Shown: one piece after another, positions 13,038 to 24,900 of the stretch
Layout: each line of letters opens with the position of its first letter
How positions within the stretch are numbered: the stretch's first letter is position 1
Assembly (NCBI GenBank): GCA_001643675.2
Contig: LSRY02000045.1
Location: forward strand, 682,001 to 746,000
DNA: 64,000 nt
Reading direction: 5' to 3'
DNA from: Monocercomonoides exilis PA203
Taxonomy: Eukaryota > Protista > Preaxostyla
Position numbers and translations under genes: made by a program
The notes under the pieces: generated by a model
Database searches by the model: none
Told to the model about the DNA's origin: nothing
Seen by the model: the letters and a program-made list of their open reading frames with translations, nothing else

Positions 13038-14162
13038 GATACTATTTTTACTTCGTATTCTTCATTTTCTCCAATCAATTCAAAAATAAAGATCATTGAA
13101 TTATTTCACCTTTAGTATTGCACGTTTTTTCTTCATTCAACAATTCCGTAACTTGGTTATAAACAGACACATCAAATTGAAATGTTGGAAACATGCTAGA
13201 TTGAAAGGAAAAATGTGTGCAAAGGAACCAAATGCGAAAAAAGTAAAGAAAAAGAAAAAGCTGAAGAGTCTATGAAACATTAACTGTTTGGAAGTTTGAA
13301 AAGGAGGATGAGGACGGAAGTGTTTATTTCTATTTCTATTCAATTTCATATAAAGCTGTGCCATTTTGTTTTGAGTTCTATCAATTTTCTTTATCTTTGT
13401 ATTTTAATTTTTATTTTAATTTAACTTTATTTTATTTTCTTTTTTTATTTATTTTTCTTTAAATGAACAGCCTTTGTCAAACGACGTGTTTGTTATCAGC
13501 GCAACACTCTTTTCAGCACTCACAATACAACTCACCAACACCATCAGATTGGCACCTAACTCCATCTGCTGGTGGACTGAGAGAAGAAGAGATCAAATGA
13601 ATTCATCCAATTCTTCCTCAACCTCTTAAATAACTTCTTCCTCTTCTTCTTTTTCTCATTATTATGATTGTGATTATAATTATGATTATTTTCCCCATCT
13701 GTTTCTATTCGTTCTTCTTATTGCTTTTCATTTTATATTCTAAAAAAAGAAAGATGAATATGTATAGTCTGGATAATTTCCTTCTTCGCCTCATTAATGT
13801 CCGATGGCAATGCAAATGAATATTTAAGAAACTGCTTCTTTTTGTTATTTCAAAGCAAATAAATATGATTTTGCTTCGTGTTTCTTTCTGATCTTATCTT
13901 TTCTTTTTTTATAAAACCGAAATATCTTGCTTTGAAGATATATTTCATATTATAAATATATTTTTTGCTAAAAAGAAAAATAATGTGATTCGTTAAACTT
14001 CATTTTAATTGCATTTTTGAATTTTAACGCTTTGTTCATTTTTAACAATTTCAAAAGCAATTTTTTGACTTAATTTATAGAGAATCTATCAAACAACTTA
14101 AAATTTTGAAGGGATAAAATTAATTTGCAAAGTAAATAAGGCACAGAGCTGCATCAAAGTAT

Positions 14163-14729
14163 TCACTCACCAGCCAAAATGTCGTGATCCAATTTTGCCC
14201 ATTCCAGAATATTGTCTTTATCTGCTCCAACAAGACATTTCCTCACGACAGCCCCAAGACGAGGATTTTCCATTGCGGCAGCAACTCTTTCTTTGTCCGC
14301 CAATTGCTTATTAACTGAAATGCGATTATAAAAAAAAAAGGAAAATTTAACAAATTCGCAAACCACTTTCTTCGTCTTTGTGGCTTCCTGGATATATTTT
14401 GACAAATATTTTGGTTTTCAAAGGAAGAGCTTGCCTTAATCGTGAAATAATTGATAACCCAAGTATCATACACATTGAGCAATGAGGAACAGTTGGAGTA
14501 AACGTAACTGTAACAGTTTTCTTTTCATAATTACACTCAATCGATTCAGGTGATATAATGTTAAGTTCTTCAAGAGTTTGGGGATATTCTGGATCATTTA
14601 TGTATTTTAACAAATCTGAATGAAAAAATGCAAATATTCAAATAATTTCTAAATCATTTATTCCAATACAAATGACAAAAAACTGTAAATATCTTCTTGA
14701 GATAAATTTTCCTCATTATCATTCTCCAT
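14163..14729 (-). CDS. CIA2: cytosolic Fe-S assembly targeting protein Cia2/MIP18 (FAM96 family), 2 introns
   Basis: Spliced reading MENDNEENLSQEDIY|NLLKYINDPEYPQTLEELNII...FTPTVPHCSMCMILGLSI...PGSHKDEES|VNKQLADKERVAAAMENP matches the FAM96 motifs DPE, TPTxPHCS and NKQLxDKERVAAAxENP. GT-AG introns near 14683-14617 and 14365-14315. Confidence 0.93.
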
Positions 14730-15008
14730 ATATAAAGAAAATTAATATATTTGTAAATAAAAGCTAATAAAATAATAAAAAATATTCACAAGTGCTCTGC
14801 GTGAATATATTTCTTCACAATAATTTTTAATTAAATTGTTATAATGGTTATGTTCAAAGAATCATTCATATCAAACTTTCACTTAATTTAAAAAAGATTT
14901 ATGTGTTTTCTAAAATCAGTTTTAACTTATTTTTAAAAAATGTTGAAATAGTAATTATAACATCAGCGATCTGAATCAGCTTCGAATCGTTCCTTTTCTG
15001 TTTTATTT

Positions 15009-16041
15009 ATGTCGAAGGTGTTTTTGATCTCTGATGTGCACGTAAATTATGCGGCTAATTGGAAATGGCTTTCTGAGATTTCTGGACACGAAAACGACAT
15101 TCTGGTGTGCATGTAACTTAGCATTGTAACTTTCCGATTTACTGGGAGTACTATTTTTTAGCTTGTTGCTGGAGATGTTTCACATGATATTTCAGAACTC
15201 GCCAGATGTCTTCAAATGCTGGTAGCAAAATTTAAGTTTGATTATTTTCAAAGTTCAAATGTGGATGAATATTTATATTTTGCAGACATGTTTTTTATAC
15301 TCCGGGAAACCATGACGTATGGGTAATGGACGATGATAAGCAAGATTCAATTTCCAAGGTATTTTAATATCGTTTATGTTTTTTCAGGATTATAGTTCAA
15401 TTATTTAAAGATGGAACATGTTTTAAAAATATGCGAACATGCTGGCGTTAAAACTCGTCCAGAATTCCTTGAAAATATATGGATTGTTCCTTTATTTTCT
15501 TGGTATGATTCGACATTTGCAATCAGTGAGCCTCTTACAAAGAATGATATTGAAGAACTTAAAGGATGGTCGGATTTGCATTTTTGCAAATGGCCAAAGG
15601 TGTGCAATCAAAAACGTTATTATATATGTTACTTTATTTGCTTTATTTTGTCGTTGAAATATGTTTTCTGATTGAAAAAAGGGTTTTAAACCACGAGATA
15701 TGTATGAACGAAATGAAGACTTTATTCAATCGTTTGATCTCATGGATGCATCACCAATTATATCGTTTTCTCACATGCTGCCTCGGAGGGATCTTTTGCC
15801 TCCGCGAGCAGAGCTTGAACATAAGTTTTTGGCACATGTTGTTGGGTCAACTCTACTTGAGTCTCAAATCAAACGCCTTGGTTCAACAGTACATGGGTTT
15901 GGACATTCGCATGTAAATAAAGACGTTGTGATAGATGGAGTGCGTTATGTGCAAAATGCAATGGGCTATCCCAAGGAAAGAGAAAGATATTCTTACACAC
16001 CTCGATTGAAGCAGATATGGCCACTGGAAGAAGGAGAATAA
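15009..16041 (+). CDS. calcineurin-like metallophosphoesterase (PptH/Rv2795c-like architecture), several short introns
   Basis: ATG at 15009. Motifs ISDVH, VAGDV, PGNHDVW, VPLFSWYD, FSHMLP, FGHSH and NAMGYPKER occur in canonical order across GT-AG introns. Confidence 0.88.
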
Positions 16042-17682
16042 TTAGTCTTTGACGTTGACAAAATTAGTTGAAAGATTTTCTATAAAATTTAAGCACATCA
16101 CCCGTTTTTCACATGTTTGAAATTTTATGTCTTTGTTCAATTCTTTTTTTCATCATTTTTTTTCAGATGTTGTTTATAAAAAATGTTTTTATGAAATGTT
16201 TATTTGTTTTGGTTGCTTTTCTATCACTGTTTATTTGATGATAGTTTACACTCGCAATTTTTTAAGCTTATGAAATGAACAACATATTAACTTTTATCCA
16301 AACTCTTTGTTCTGGAATTGCAAGTCTTTTGGATAGATTTTTTGCCAATTATTCGTGCTATTTTTAACTGAAAGGAAGGGAAAGGGTAATGGATGTCTCT
16401 GTTGAATTATATCCATTTTTATCTGTTTGAGTGGTGTTTTTGAAGATTGAATAATATTTTTCTCATTTCTTTCATTTACCTTATTTGGCAAATTGTTTCG
16501 CTTTCCATACGAAGTGATAAATTTGTTGTTCTTTATGAGCATCTACTGCTCGTATTTTTTAAAGTGAAATTTTAATTTAAACAACTATAAAACATCAAAT
16601 TTTTCAATGATTCTTTGTTTATATCCTTTTTATTTTTATTAACAAATAAGTTATTCATTTCAACCTTTCGAAAGAAATTTATAGAGAGCTTTCATTACTT
16701 AAAATAAAACGAATATTTGAAATTAATGTAAATTCGAAAACTAAGAATGCTTCAACGTTTTCAATGAAGCGAAAAATGATTAAAAGCTTGTTTGCATTGA
16801 ATAGAAATTTATGATATTTGGAAGAGAAAATTATAATAATAATTTAAAAAAATACAAAAAAAAAGAAAAGAAAAGAAAAGAAAAGAAAAAGAAAAAGAAA
16901 AAAGATAATTAGATTGAATGGAGCATCAAAGTGTTAACAAAAATCTTTTCAGATCAACTTTAAGAAATTCATCAAAAATGAAGCAAAACAAAAAAACTAT
17001 ACTTAGAAGGGACTGCTTGAAGCTTTTATGCAAAATGATGTGCTTTGTTTGGATTGAAAACTTTGATAGCACTTATTTTTTCCTCAACTTTCCCACTTCT
17101 TCCAGTCTTTCTCCTCTTTTCTTCACATTCAATTTCATCAGTGCATACACACGCGCTACAGATAAGACAACAAAAAATATCAGAAAATCAGATCGTCCAC
17201 ATTCGCTATCAATGTGTGAGTTTTACAGTCTTCCTTGAAGATGATGAAGGCATCTTGTTCGAAGGCGCAGAACTCGACTGCTCAGCCTCTTTCCCAATAG
17301 CAGTCACAAAAACGAGATAACAGCTTCTTACAAGCAACCATCCTGATCTTGTTCTCTCCGTTGCACCACAAGAAAAAGAATAGAAACAGACACTCACTTC
17401 TCTCTTTCTCTTTTTCTCTTTTTCTATCTTTCTTTCTCTTACTCTCTTTCTCTTTCTCTCTTTCTCTTTCTCTCTCTCCTGCTCATCTGACTGTTGAGCC
17501 ACATCATTTGACTCCGCTCGGAATGACGAGCTCGAAAGACAGTGGTGGCATTTGTGCCTGCCACCAGGAGCACACACAAACAGAGGGAAAGAAGGAGAGA
17601 GAAGGGGATGATGATTGTCCCATACTGCATCCGAAGAGAGGAGCAAAACAGAAGACTTGCAAAATGCATGGGCTGAACATTG

Positions 17683-18915
17683 CAGCTCAATCACAAAAGG
17701 AATGGATTGAATTCTCGATTGCTCTCAAGATTATCATTCCCTTTGGAGCTTTTCTGATACTGTCGATGATGATGAAGGAGGTTGTGCAAGGAGGAGGATG
17801 ATGATGTTTGAGGTGTTCTAGAAGAAGAAGAAGAAGAAATCCTTTTCCTTTCAATCATATCCTTGTTGCTTCTGAAAATATGTTTATGATTGAATGCTAA
17901 TCCATTTCCTTTTTCAAAACAATGCTGATGAACGATGATCCAGAAAAGTTCGAAAGAATAGTTTCAGTTGCATCTTTCTATTTATCTCCATAATCATCGA
18001 TGTTGTTTGTTCTTTTCCTTTTCAATCCCTTTTCAATTTGTGAATAACCTTCAACCTGATTATTCTTTCTCATCTTCCCTTCTTCCTTTCTCCAAAAGAA
18101 ATCTTCCAGCAAATAGAAATCCATCAGACATTTCTCAAATAACTTCCAAAATCCTATCATTTGAAAAAATTAAATAACAAATTCATTTTTTAATGAAAAT
18201 ATTCGAATAAAACAGAGTTTGTCTCATACCAATTGAAAATTGCATCCCTTCCTGCATCTACTTTGCTTCAATATTTATGTCCATTTTCACTCATTCCATT
18301 TTTTGTCCTTTTTCCCTTGAACTGAAATTCCATCTCTATCTGTGAGAAAAACACATCAAAAACCCAATCCAAATGCTCAAATAACCTTGTTCCATGCATC
18401 CCATCCCTTTTGCCAAAAGTGTCCGTTTCAGCCAATCGACGCAAAAACAATCATTTCTTTCAAAACATCAAAAATCTCTTCAAATAAAAATATCACAAAT
18501 AATCCACCAAAAGACATACATTTATATGTGATGCAGAATCGCAAAATTTTCAGCACTCAAACCTCTTCCATTCATCTGTTTTCATCAATATTCACATCAT
18601 TCATTTCTTTCCCAATTGCCTTTTCTCATGATAATACAGCCAACAAAATTATATGCTCCAAATCATGTGTTGTTCCATCCCAGAGGCAGATATCGCTGAA
18701 CGGAGAGTGACGGCTGAAATATCAGAACATCAACAAAAATGGACGAATCATTCTCTATTATTCATTGGATCATCAATAAATGTTGAAAAATAACAAAGGA
18801 GAATATTCATTTTCATATAACAATATGATATTCAACAAAAGTTGAATGATATTTTTTGTTGAAGTGCCCATATTAGTCTGTGAAAGAAAAAAGAAAAGAA
18901 AGCAGTTGAACAGGC
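17683..18915 (+). promoter_or_regulatory. conserved ~1.2-kb upstream module of the surface-receptor family (copy 1)
   Basis: Aligns by eye with 58260-59495. Identity is highest in the ~600 bp before the ATG. Regulatory function is inferred, not shown. Confidence 0.6.
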
Positions 18916-21900
18916 ATGACATTGAAGTTGTCAGAAATATTATATTGTGTGTGGATAATAAGTGTGGGGTGCGTGTGCAAGGGTGCTACAAGTGATGGAG
19001 CAGGATTTGTTGAGGAATCAGCGAAAGAAGGAGAATTGGGTTATCTTGAAGGCACATGGAGAGAGAAGGCTCAAAACAACAAAATTGGAGATGGCCATTT
19101 ATTTGACACACATATTGAAGGAAAAGAAGGTGGAGTAGGAGAAGCCTCGAAAGAGGAGAGAATGATGAAGAAATACACAAAACAATGGAGTGAAGGAAGT
19201 GGAGAAATTGGGAAAGTTGAAAAATGGGGTTTTTGTGATGAGTGGAAAATGTGGGGAAAGGAGGGTGTGTGTGGTGGGAGTGGGGTTGAGGGAAGTGTTG
19301 TTGGGGTCAATTCATCACTGAAACTGAATTCATTGGGATTGAGGGAAAAAGGTGGGGAGAGTGTGCTCAGGGCATCGGATGGAAGTTCTGTTGAGGTGAG
19401 TGGCTGTGTGATTGGAGTTTGGAGAGAGACACCCCCCTTTGATTTTTGTGGGAGCTGTGGACTGTTCACCAACATTTCCCTCAGATCATCTTCAACTTCG
19501 TCTTCAACCTCAACTTCAACCTCGACTGAACAGATATTCCCTCCACTTTTCTCTTCAAAAGCAGCGGAAGGAGAGATTCCAGAGAAATGCCACATTTCTG
19601 TTTGTTCATCTCATTTCTCTTCTTTTTGTGTGTCTTCTGCTCCATTCATCACATCGCACTTTGCTTGTCTTTCCCAATTAGAATTCTTCAACATCTCCAC
19701 AAATCCACCGAAAACAACACATCTGGATGAAGGGTTGGGCCAAACATCATTTCTAATGAGTGGATGCACATTTTCATCAGTGTGGGATGTTTATGATGGG
19801 GGCATTGTCCCTTCACTGAACAGCCCCTCATCATCCTTGGCTGCCTCGAACACCTCATTTATCAGATGCTATCGCACTCAGAATGTTGCAATCGGCGGGA
19901 GTGAAGGGAATCCAACGAAACCAGCGAGACAGCAGATAACAGACAATGGGGCAAATTCGTTCACTTGGTGCGAGTGGAATGGGTCAAAAACCACTGGGTC
20001 AGGAACTTCTTATTCAGATGGAACTTCAAATGGTGGAGCAATTTACATGTATAACAAGGCTTCAGGAACACTTTCAGTGAAATTTTGTTCTTTCAACAAC
20101 TGCACTGCATATTATGCTGGGGGAGGTATTATGTGCTATAAAATCAGTTCAATCAAAATAGAAAACAACTCGTTCAATGCATGTACCACAAATAGAGATG
20201 ATGGAGGAGGGATGTATTCTGAATCAATTTCGTCATGTGTCAGGATCAGTGGGTGCGAATTTCAGAAATGCACATCGAAAAATTATGGAGGAGGACTTTA
20301 TCTTCAAACTTTTAATGTTTCTGGATCTTCCTGTATTGGAACAGAAAATGGCAAAGGGGAGAGTGCTTGTGTGTTTGAGTGTTTTTTCACTTCGTGCTCG
20401 CTTACAAATTCTTATGGCGGAGGGATGTATTGTTATGGTGTTCCAGCTGCATTCAAAATGAGGAGCCTCCAATTTATTTCGTGTTCAGCAGTGTCATATG
20501 GCGGAGGGATGAGATTTTATCCATATCAATCAACACCTCCAAGCAACAACATTTATTGTTATTTCTTTTTCTTCCACGATTGCAGTTGCAACGCTTCCAC
20601 TCCATATGGCCACGATGTGTTCTTTTATGATGGAAATAATCTTTTTTCATCGAATAACCCGTTCTATGAATCGTATACAACGAATAGTGATGATAAGAGA
20701 GTGTGTTATGCTGACAGTAATTGGGTGTATCAGCACACACAAAAGAAGGATTGGCTGAAGGAAGGGATGAAGGATCGGTATGTTGGGGTGAGTGGAGATG
20801 ACACAAGCAATCTGTGTGGAATGAGTGAGGCAGCACCGTGCAAGACAGTGGGGCATGCAGTGGGGTCGAGCATGGCGCAGCTGAGCTCGACAATCACAGT
20901 GCTGGGTGGGAGGCATGTGAGCGAAGAGAAGACGATCAATGTTGGGGAAAAGAAGATTTCTGTTGTTGGGAGAGGGAAAACAATGAGTGTGATTGGGACG
21001 AGTGCGCTTTCTACCTCTTCAACAACGCTGTTTAGCATATCTTCTGGTCGACTGGAGGCGGAGCATGTTGGGATCGATCACAACTCGATGAGAAGCTTAT
21101 CGCCGAGTGTGTTTGTGGTGTCACTGGGGAGCGGGACACTTTCGCTGGAGGATGTTTTGATCGACTCTTCGACATCAGGAGGGAGTGGAATGACGAAGTG
21201 TGTGTTTGAAGTGGCACTGAAGCAGCTGAAAATGATTGATGTGGAGATCAAAAATATAAAAATGAGTCAACCACTATTTGCAGAACCATCATCAGCAGGA
21301 TCATCATCAGAAGAAAGTTTGCTGGGGAATTTGACAATTCGAAATGTGAATCGGACAACAGGTGATGGTGTGGTGATGGCAAAGAGCGTGAAGGCAGGAG
21401 AGACATTTGTTGTGTGGAACACAACAATAGAAGGATGTGAGTGTGCGAATGGGAATGGAGGAGGGATAAAGGTTGAGTTGGAGGATTCAACAAGCAAGGT
21501 TCTTATTGGAGATTCAACGTCACATGGCGGAGGGGCAACAACATTTAATCAGTGCAAGTGCAGCGGATGCGGAGGAGGGATATTTCTTTCTCTGACAGAT
21601 GCAGATACGTTGTTTGAGTTGAAAGGAAATTTGATATTTGATGGAAATGAGGTAGAATATGGGAGAAATATGTTCGTTTCTGCATCTGATCTGAACCAGA
21701 GTGTGACAAATGAAACATTTGCCTTCGATTATTCATCAATGATAACTGATGAAAATTTGTTTGTGGGGAGTGATGATTTTCATCAAAAAAAGGATTTGTT
21801 CATGTTCCTCATTCCGTACAGCTCATTTGAGATATTTATCTCATCGAGTGGATTTGATGTGGAACGTTGTGGAAGTGAAGAAGATCCATGCTTCACAATG

Positions 21901-24900
21901 TGGAAAGGGATGGAAAACATGAAAAAGGAAAGTGGAATGAAAACAATTCAAATTGAAGGATCAATTGTTATTCGAGATTCATTCAACATGTCCAATTATC
22001 AGATCAAAAAGAGTGTGAAGATGGGAGAAGAGAATGTGAAAGCAACTTTGAATTTTGAAAAGGCAATTGGAAGTCAACTGGAATATTTCATGGAAAATGA
22101 TATTCATCTTGAATAAATGAATATCCAACTTCAACTGTCAACTGGATTTGACAACTCAGCCAAAACAATTATTTCAAACAGAGCTGGCGAGTTGGTGATT
22201 ACTGGATGTTCATTCCATTCAGAGGCTGAAGTGAACAATGGATTTGATTGTGTATTTGTGGATATGATTGGAGGCAGTGTGGAAATAAGCGATTTGTCGA
22301 TGGAATCGTGCAATGTTGGAAACAGTATTTTTGTCAATCACGATGCTGAACTAACTTGCCATTTTGTGAATGTTCGAGTGGAATCGTTGAATGAAAGCAG
22401 AGAATGTCTTCTTCTGATCAAAGGACCTGAATTAACAACAAAGATAAATGAAGGAGGTGAAGAAATGAGTCTTAACATTGATAATTCATCATTTTCAGGA
22501 GTGAAGAGAAGTGACAATGGAGCAAGCATTTTGGAGTCAAAGAGTGAGAATAAGATTTGTTTGGTTGTGAATTCGAGCAACATCACAGAAGACAAAGCAG
22601 AAATGAGTGAAAAAGGAGGGGCGATATTCTTCACATTGGGTGCATCAGGATCGATGAAGATGATTAAGTCCGAAGTCAGTCAATGCAGCTGCACCAATGG
22701 AAAAGGAGGAGGGGTGTATCTGGCAACAAAGGAAAGAGGAGAATTGAATTTCACATTTGTGGGGATGAAATTCAGTTCAAACACAGCAAGAGTGGGGAAT
22801 GATATTTTCATTGAATGCTTCAACATCACATCTCAGATCAATGAAAGCCAATTTCAGTTTGATCTTCGAGAGAATCATTATTCACGAATTAATGCGATAT
22901 ATGGAAGAGATGAATGTGATTATCCTAGCGATACAGATCTGATTGAGTTTGTGACTATCCATCAGAGCGATACAATTGTTGTGAGCAGTGCGGTTGGGTC
23001 GAATGACAGACAATGTGGAACAAACACACTTCCATGTGATTCAATTGAGCATGGGCTGGTGCATCTGACTTCAGAGCTGATAAGTCAAATAATTGTTGTT
23101 GAAAAGAGTACGATTGATGGAGAGATAAATCTGGAGGAGATGAGTTTGAGTTCGAAGAGCAGGGAAATGTGCAAAGTTGAAGTGAAATCAAACATTGGAA
23201 AAACAAGAGAGACATTGGTGACAACAAGAGAAACAGTCTCGTTGGTGAGAGTGAATTTTGTATTTGATTCGAATTTCGTCTCTTCACACGAATCACTGAT
23301 ATCACCAGAGGGAGGGATTCTTGAGATAATAAATTGCTCATTTGACTCAAAACAATCGGCTGGAGAAGGAAGAATAGAATATGCAAACATTCCATTTCAC
23401 ATTATCAACATGGAAAAAGGAGAATTACAACTTGATTGATGCACAATATCAAATCTCATTCTTCATGAGTCTGCATTGCATCTTTCATCGCTACTTCCAT
23501 CGGTGATTGATTCTTTAACGATTAACAATTCAACAATAGAAACCTCTTTGATAGATATTAATGAATGTGGACAATTAACAATTAAAGATTTCAAAACAGA
23601 AAATATCTCAGTTGAAGGAAATGAAGAATTATTGATATCTTGCCTGTCAATGAAAAAGACAATTCAGTTGACAAATTGCACAATTGGTGGAGTCAGTTCA
23701 AAAACCGCAAAAGGAAAATTGATAAAACTGGAGAATTGCACAGATGTGAAAATGGACAGTTGCATTTTTAATGGAAATTCAAAGGAAAGAAACGAGAAGA
23801 ATTTGAATGAAGGGGAAGAGATGTGCAGATGGTCAGGATCTCTTGTTGATGTTGTAAAGAGTTCTTTAATTATGAAAGACACAACAATCTCGAATTCACC
23901 AGAAGGTGGAATAACAATGAGTGGGGGAAATGTGATAATTGAGATGGGGTTATTTGAGAACAATAATCCATCGATTGAAAAATATCCATCATTGAGAAGG
24001 AATATCATCTGTTCTGTTTCAGGAATATTGGATGCGATGAGTTTGAAAGGAGGAGATGGATTGGAGAGAAATACATCACTTTGGATGTTGAATGAAGGGT
24101 GCAGTTTTGAAGGGATTGTTTCTGAGAGGGATTCATCATTCTTCATTCCAGTTCCGGAGAGTGTGGAAGCAAAAGAAGAGACAGATAGAATGAAATTGAT
24201 ATTCAAAGGAATGCTTCTTGTTCCATGCAATCTGTCATTCTCAGTTGTGAAGAGGAAGGGAGAAGAGAAACAAATTGAACATTATGATTTTGATTCAAAT
24301 GGATTTTTATCGGAAAGAGAAGTTGAAGGAAGTGTTGCAAAAGATCTCATCAGTGGTTGTGGAGATGAAATCGAGGTGAGTGTGCATATTTTGTTTGGGA
24401 ATGAAGAATCTCCTTCATCAACACAGCCATTTATTCTGAAGAATACAAGCGAAGCAAAGACAAATGGAGATGAAAGGGTTGTTGAAGGAGGAAACAAGTC
24501 AGTGCCTTATTGGATTATCATTGTTGTTGTATTTGCAGTTTTGTTTTTGATTGTTTTGATTGTATCTATTGTTGTAACCATTCGATGGAGAAAAGCAAGA
24601 AAGAGAACAAAGATCTGAGAGAAATTGTGAATGACAACATCAGAAAGGATCCGAAGGCGTTTGAGATGGTGACGATGGAGATGTCACCTGAGGAACAATG
24701 GAAAAGTTCAAGAAGAGATTCAAACAGATTCAACAAAACAAAACAAAAAATGAGAATATCTCCGAAAAAAATGGAACATTCTGAATCTTCGGAATATCTT
24801 CTAGCTGAAAGTGGATCAACTGAATACATTCTGGGGCATGATTCTGACAAAATACCAAATTGGGCTTTAGAGAAAGTGGAAGAAGATGAGGATGATGAAG

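Noticed and set aside
12512-13096. Poly-F/poly-L/poly-E ORFs
   Set aside because: Translations of the (TTC)n microsatellite.
16294-17800. Short ORFs possibly forming a gene between the phosphoesterase and the receptor
   Set aside because: No recognisable domain or consistent exon chain could be built by eye.
18342-18710. 122-aa ORF upstream of the receptor, repeated at 58922-59161
   Set aside because: Non-ATG start, and the second copy is truncated at 79 aa, so conservation is at DNA level rather than protein level.
22114-23439. In-frame TAA and TGA in the receptor gene as evidence of stop-codon reassignment or selenocysteine
   Set aside because: Both stop types occur alongside a frameshift. 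The contexts suggest TTA(Leu) and GGA(Gly) point mutations. Housekeeping genes here end in TAA (RRP46, phosphoesterase) and TGA (CIA2, CFAP61), and the paralog at 59496 has no such codons.
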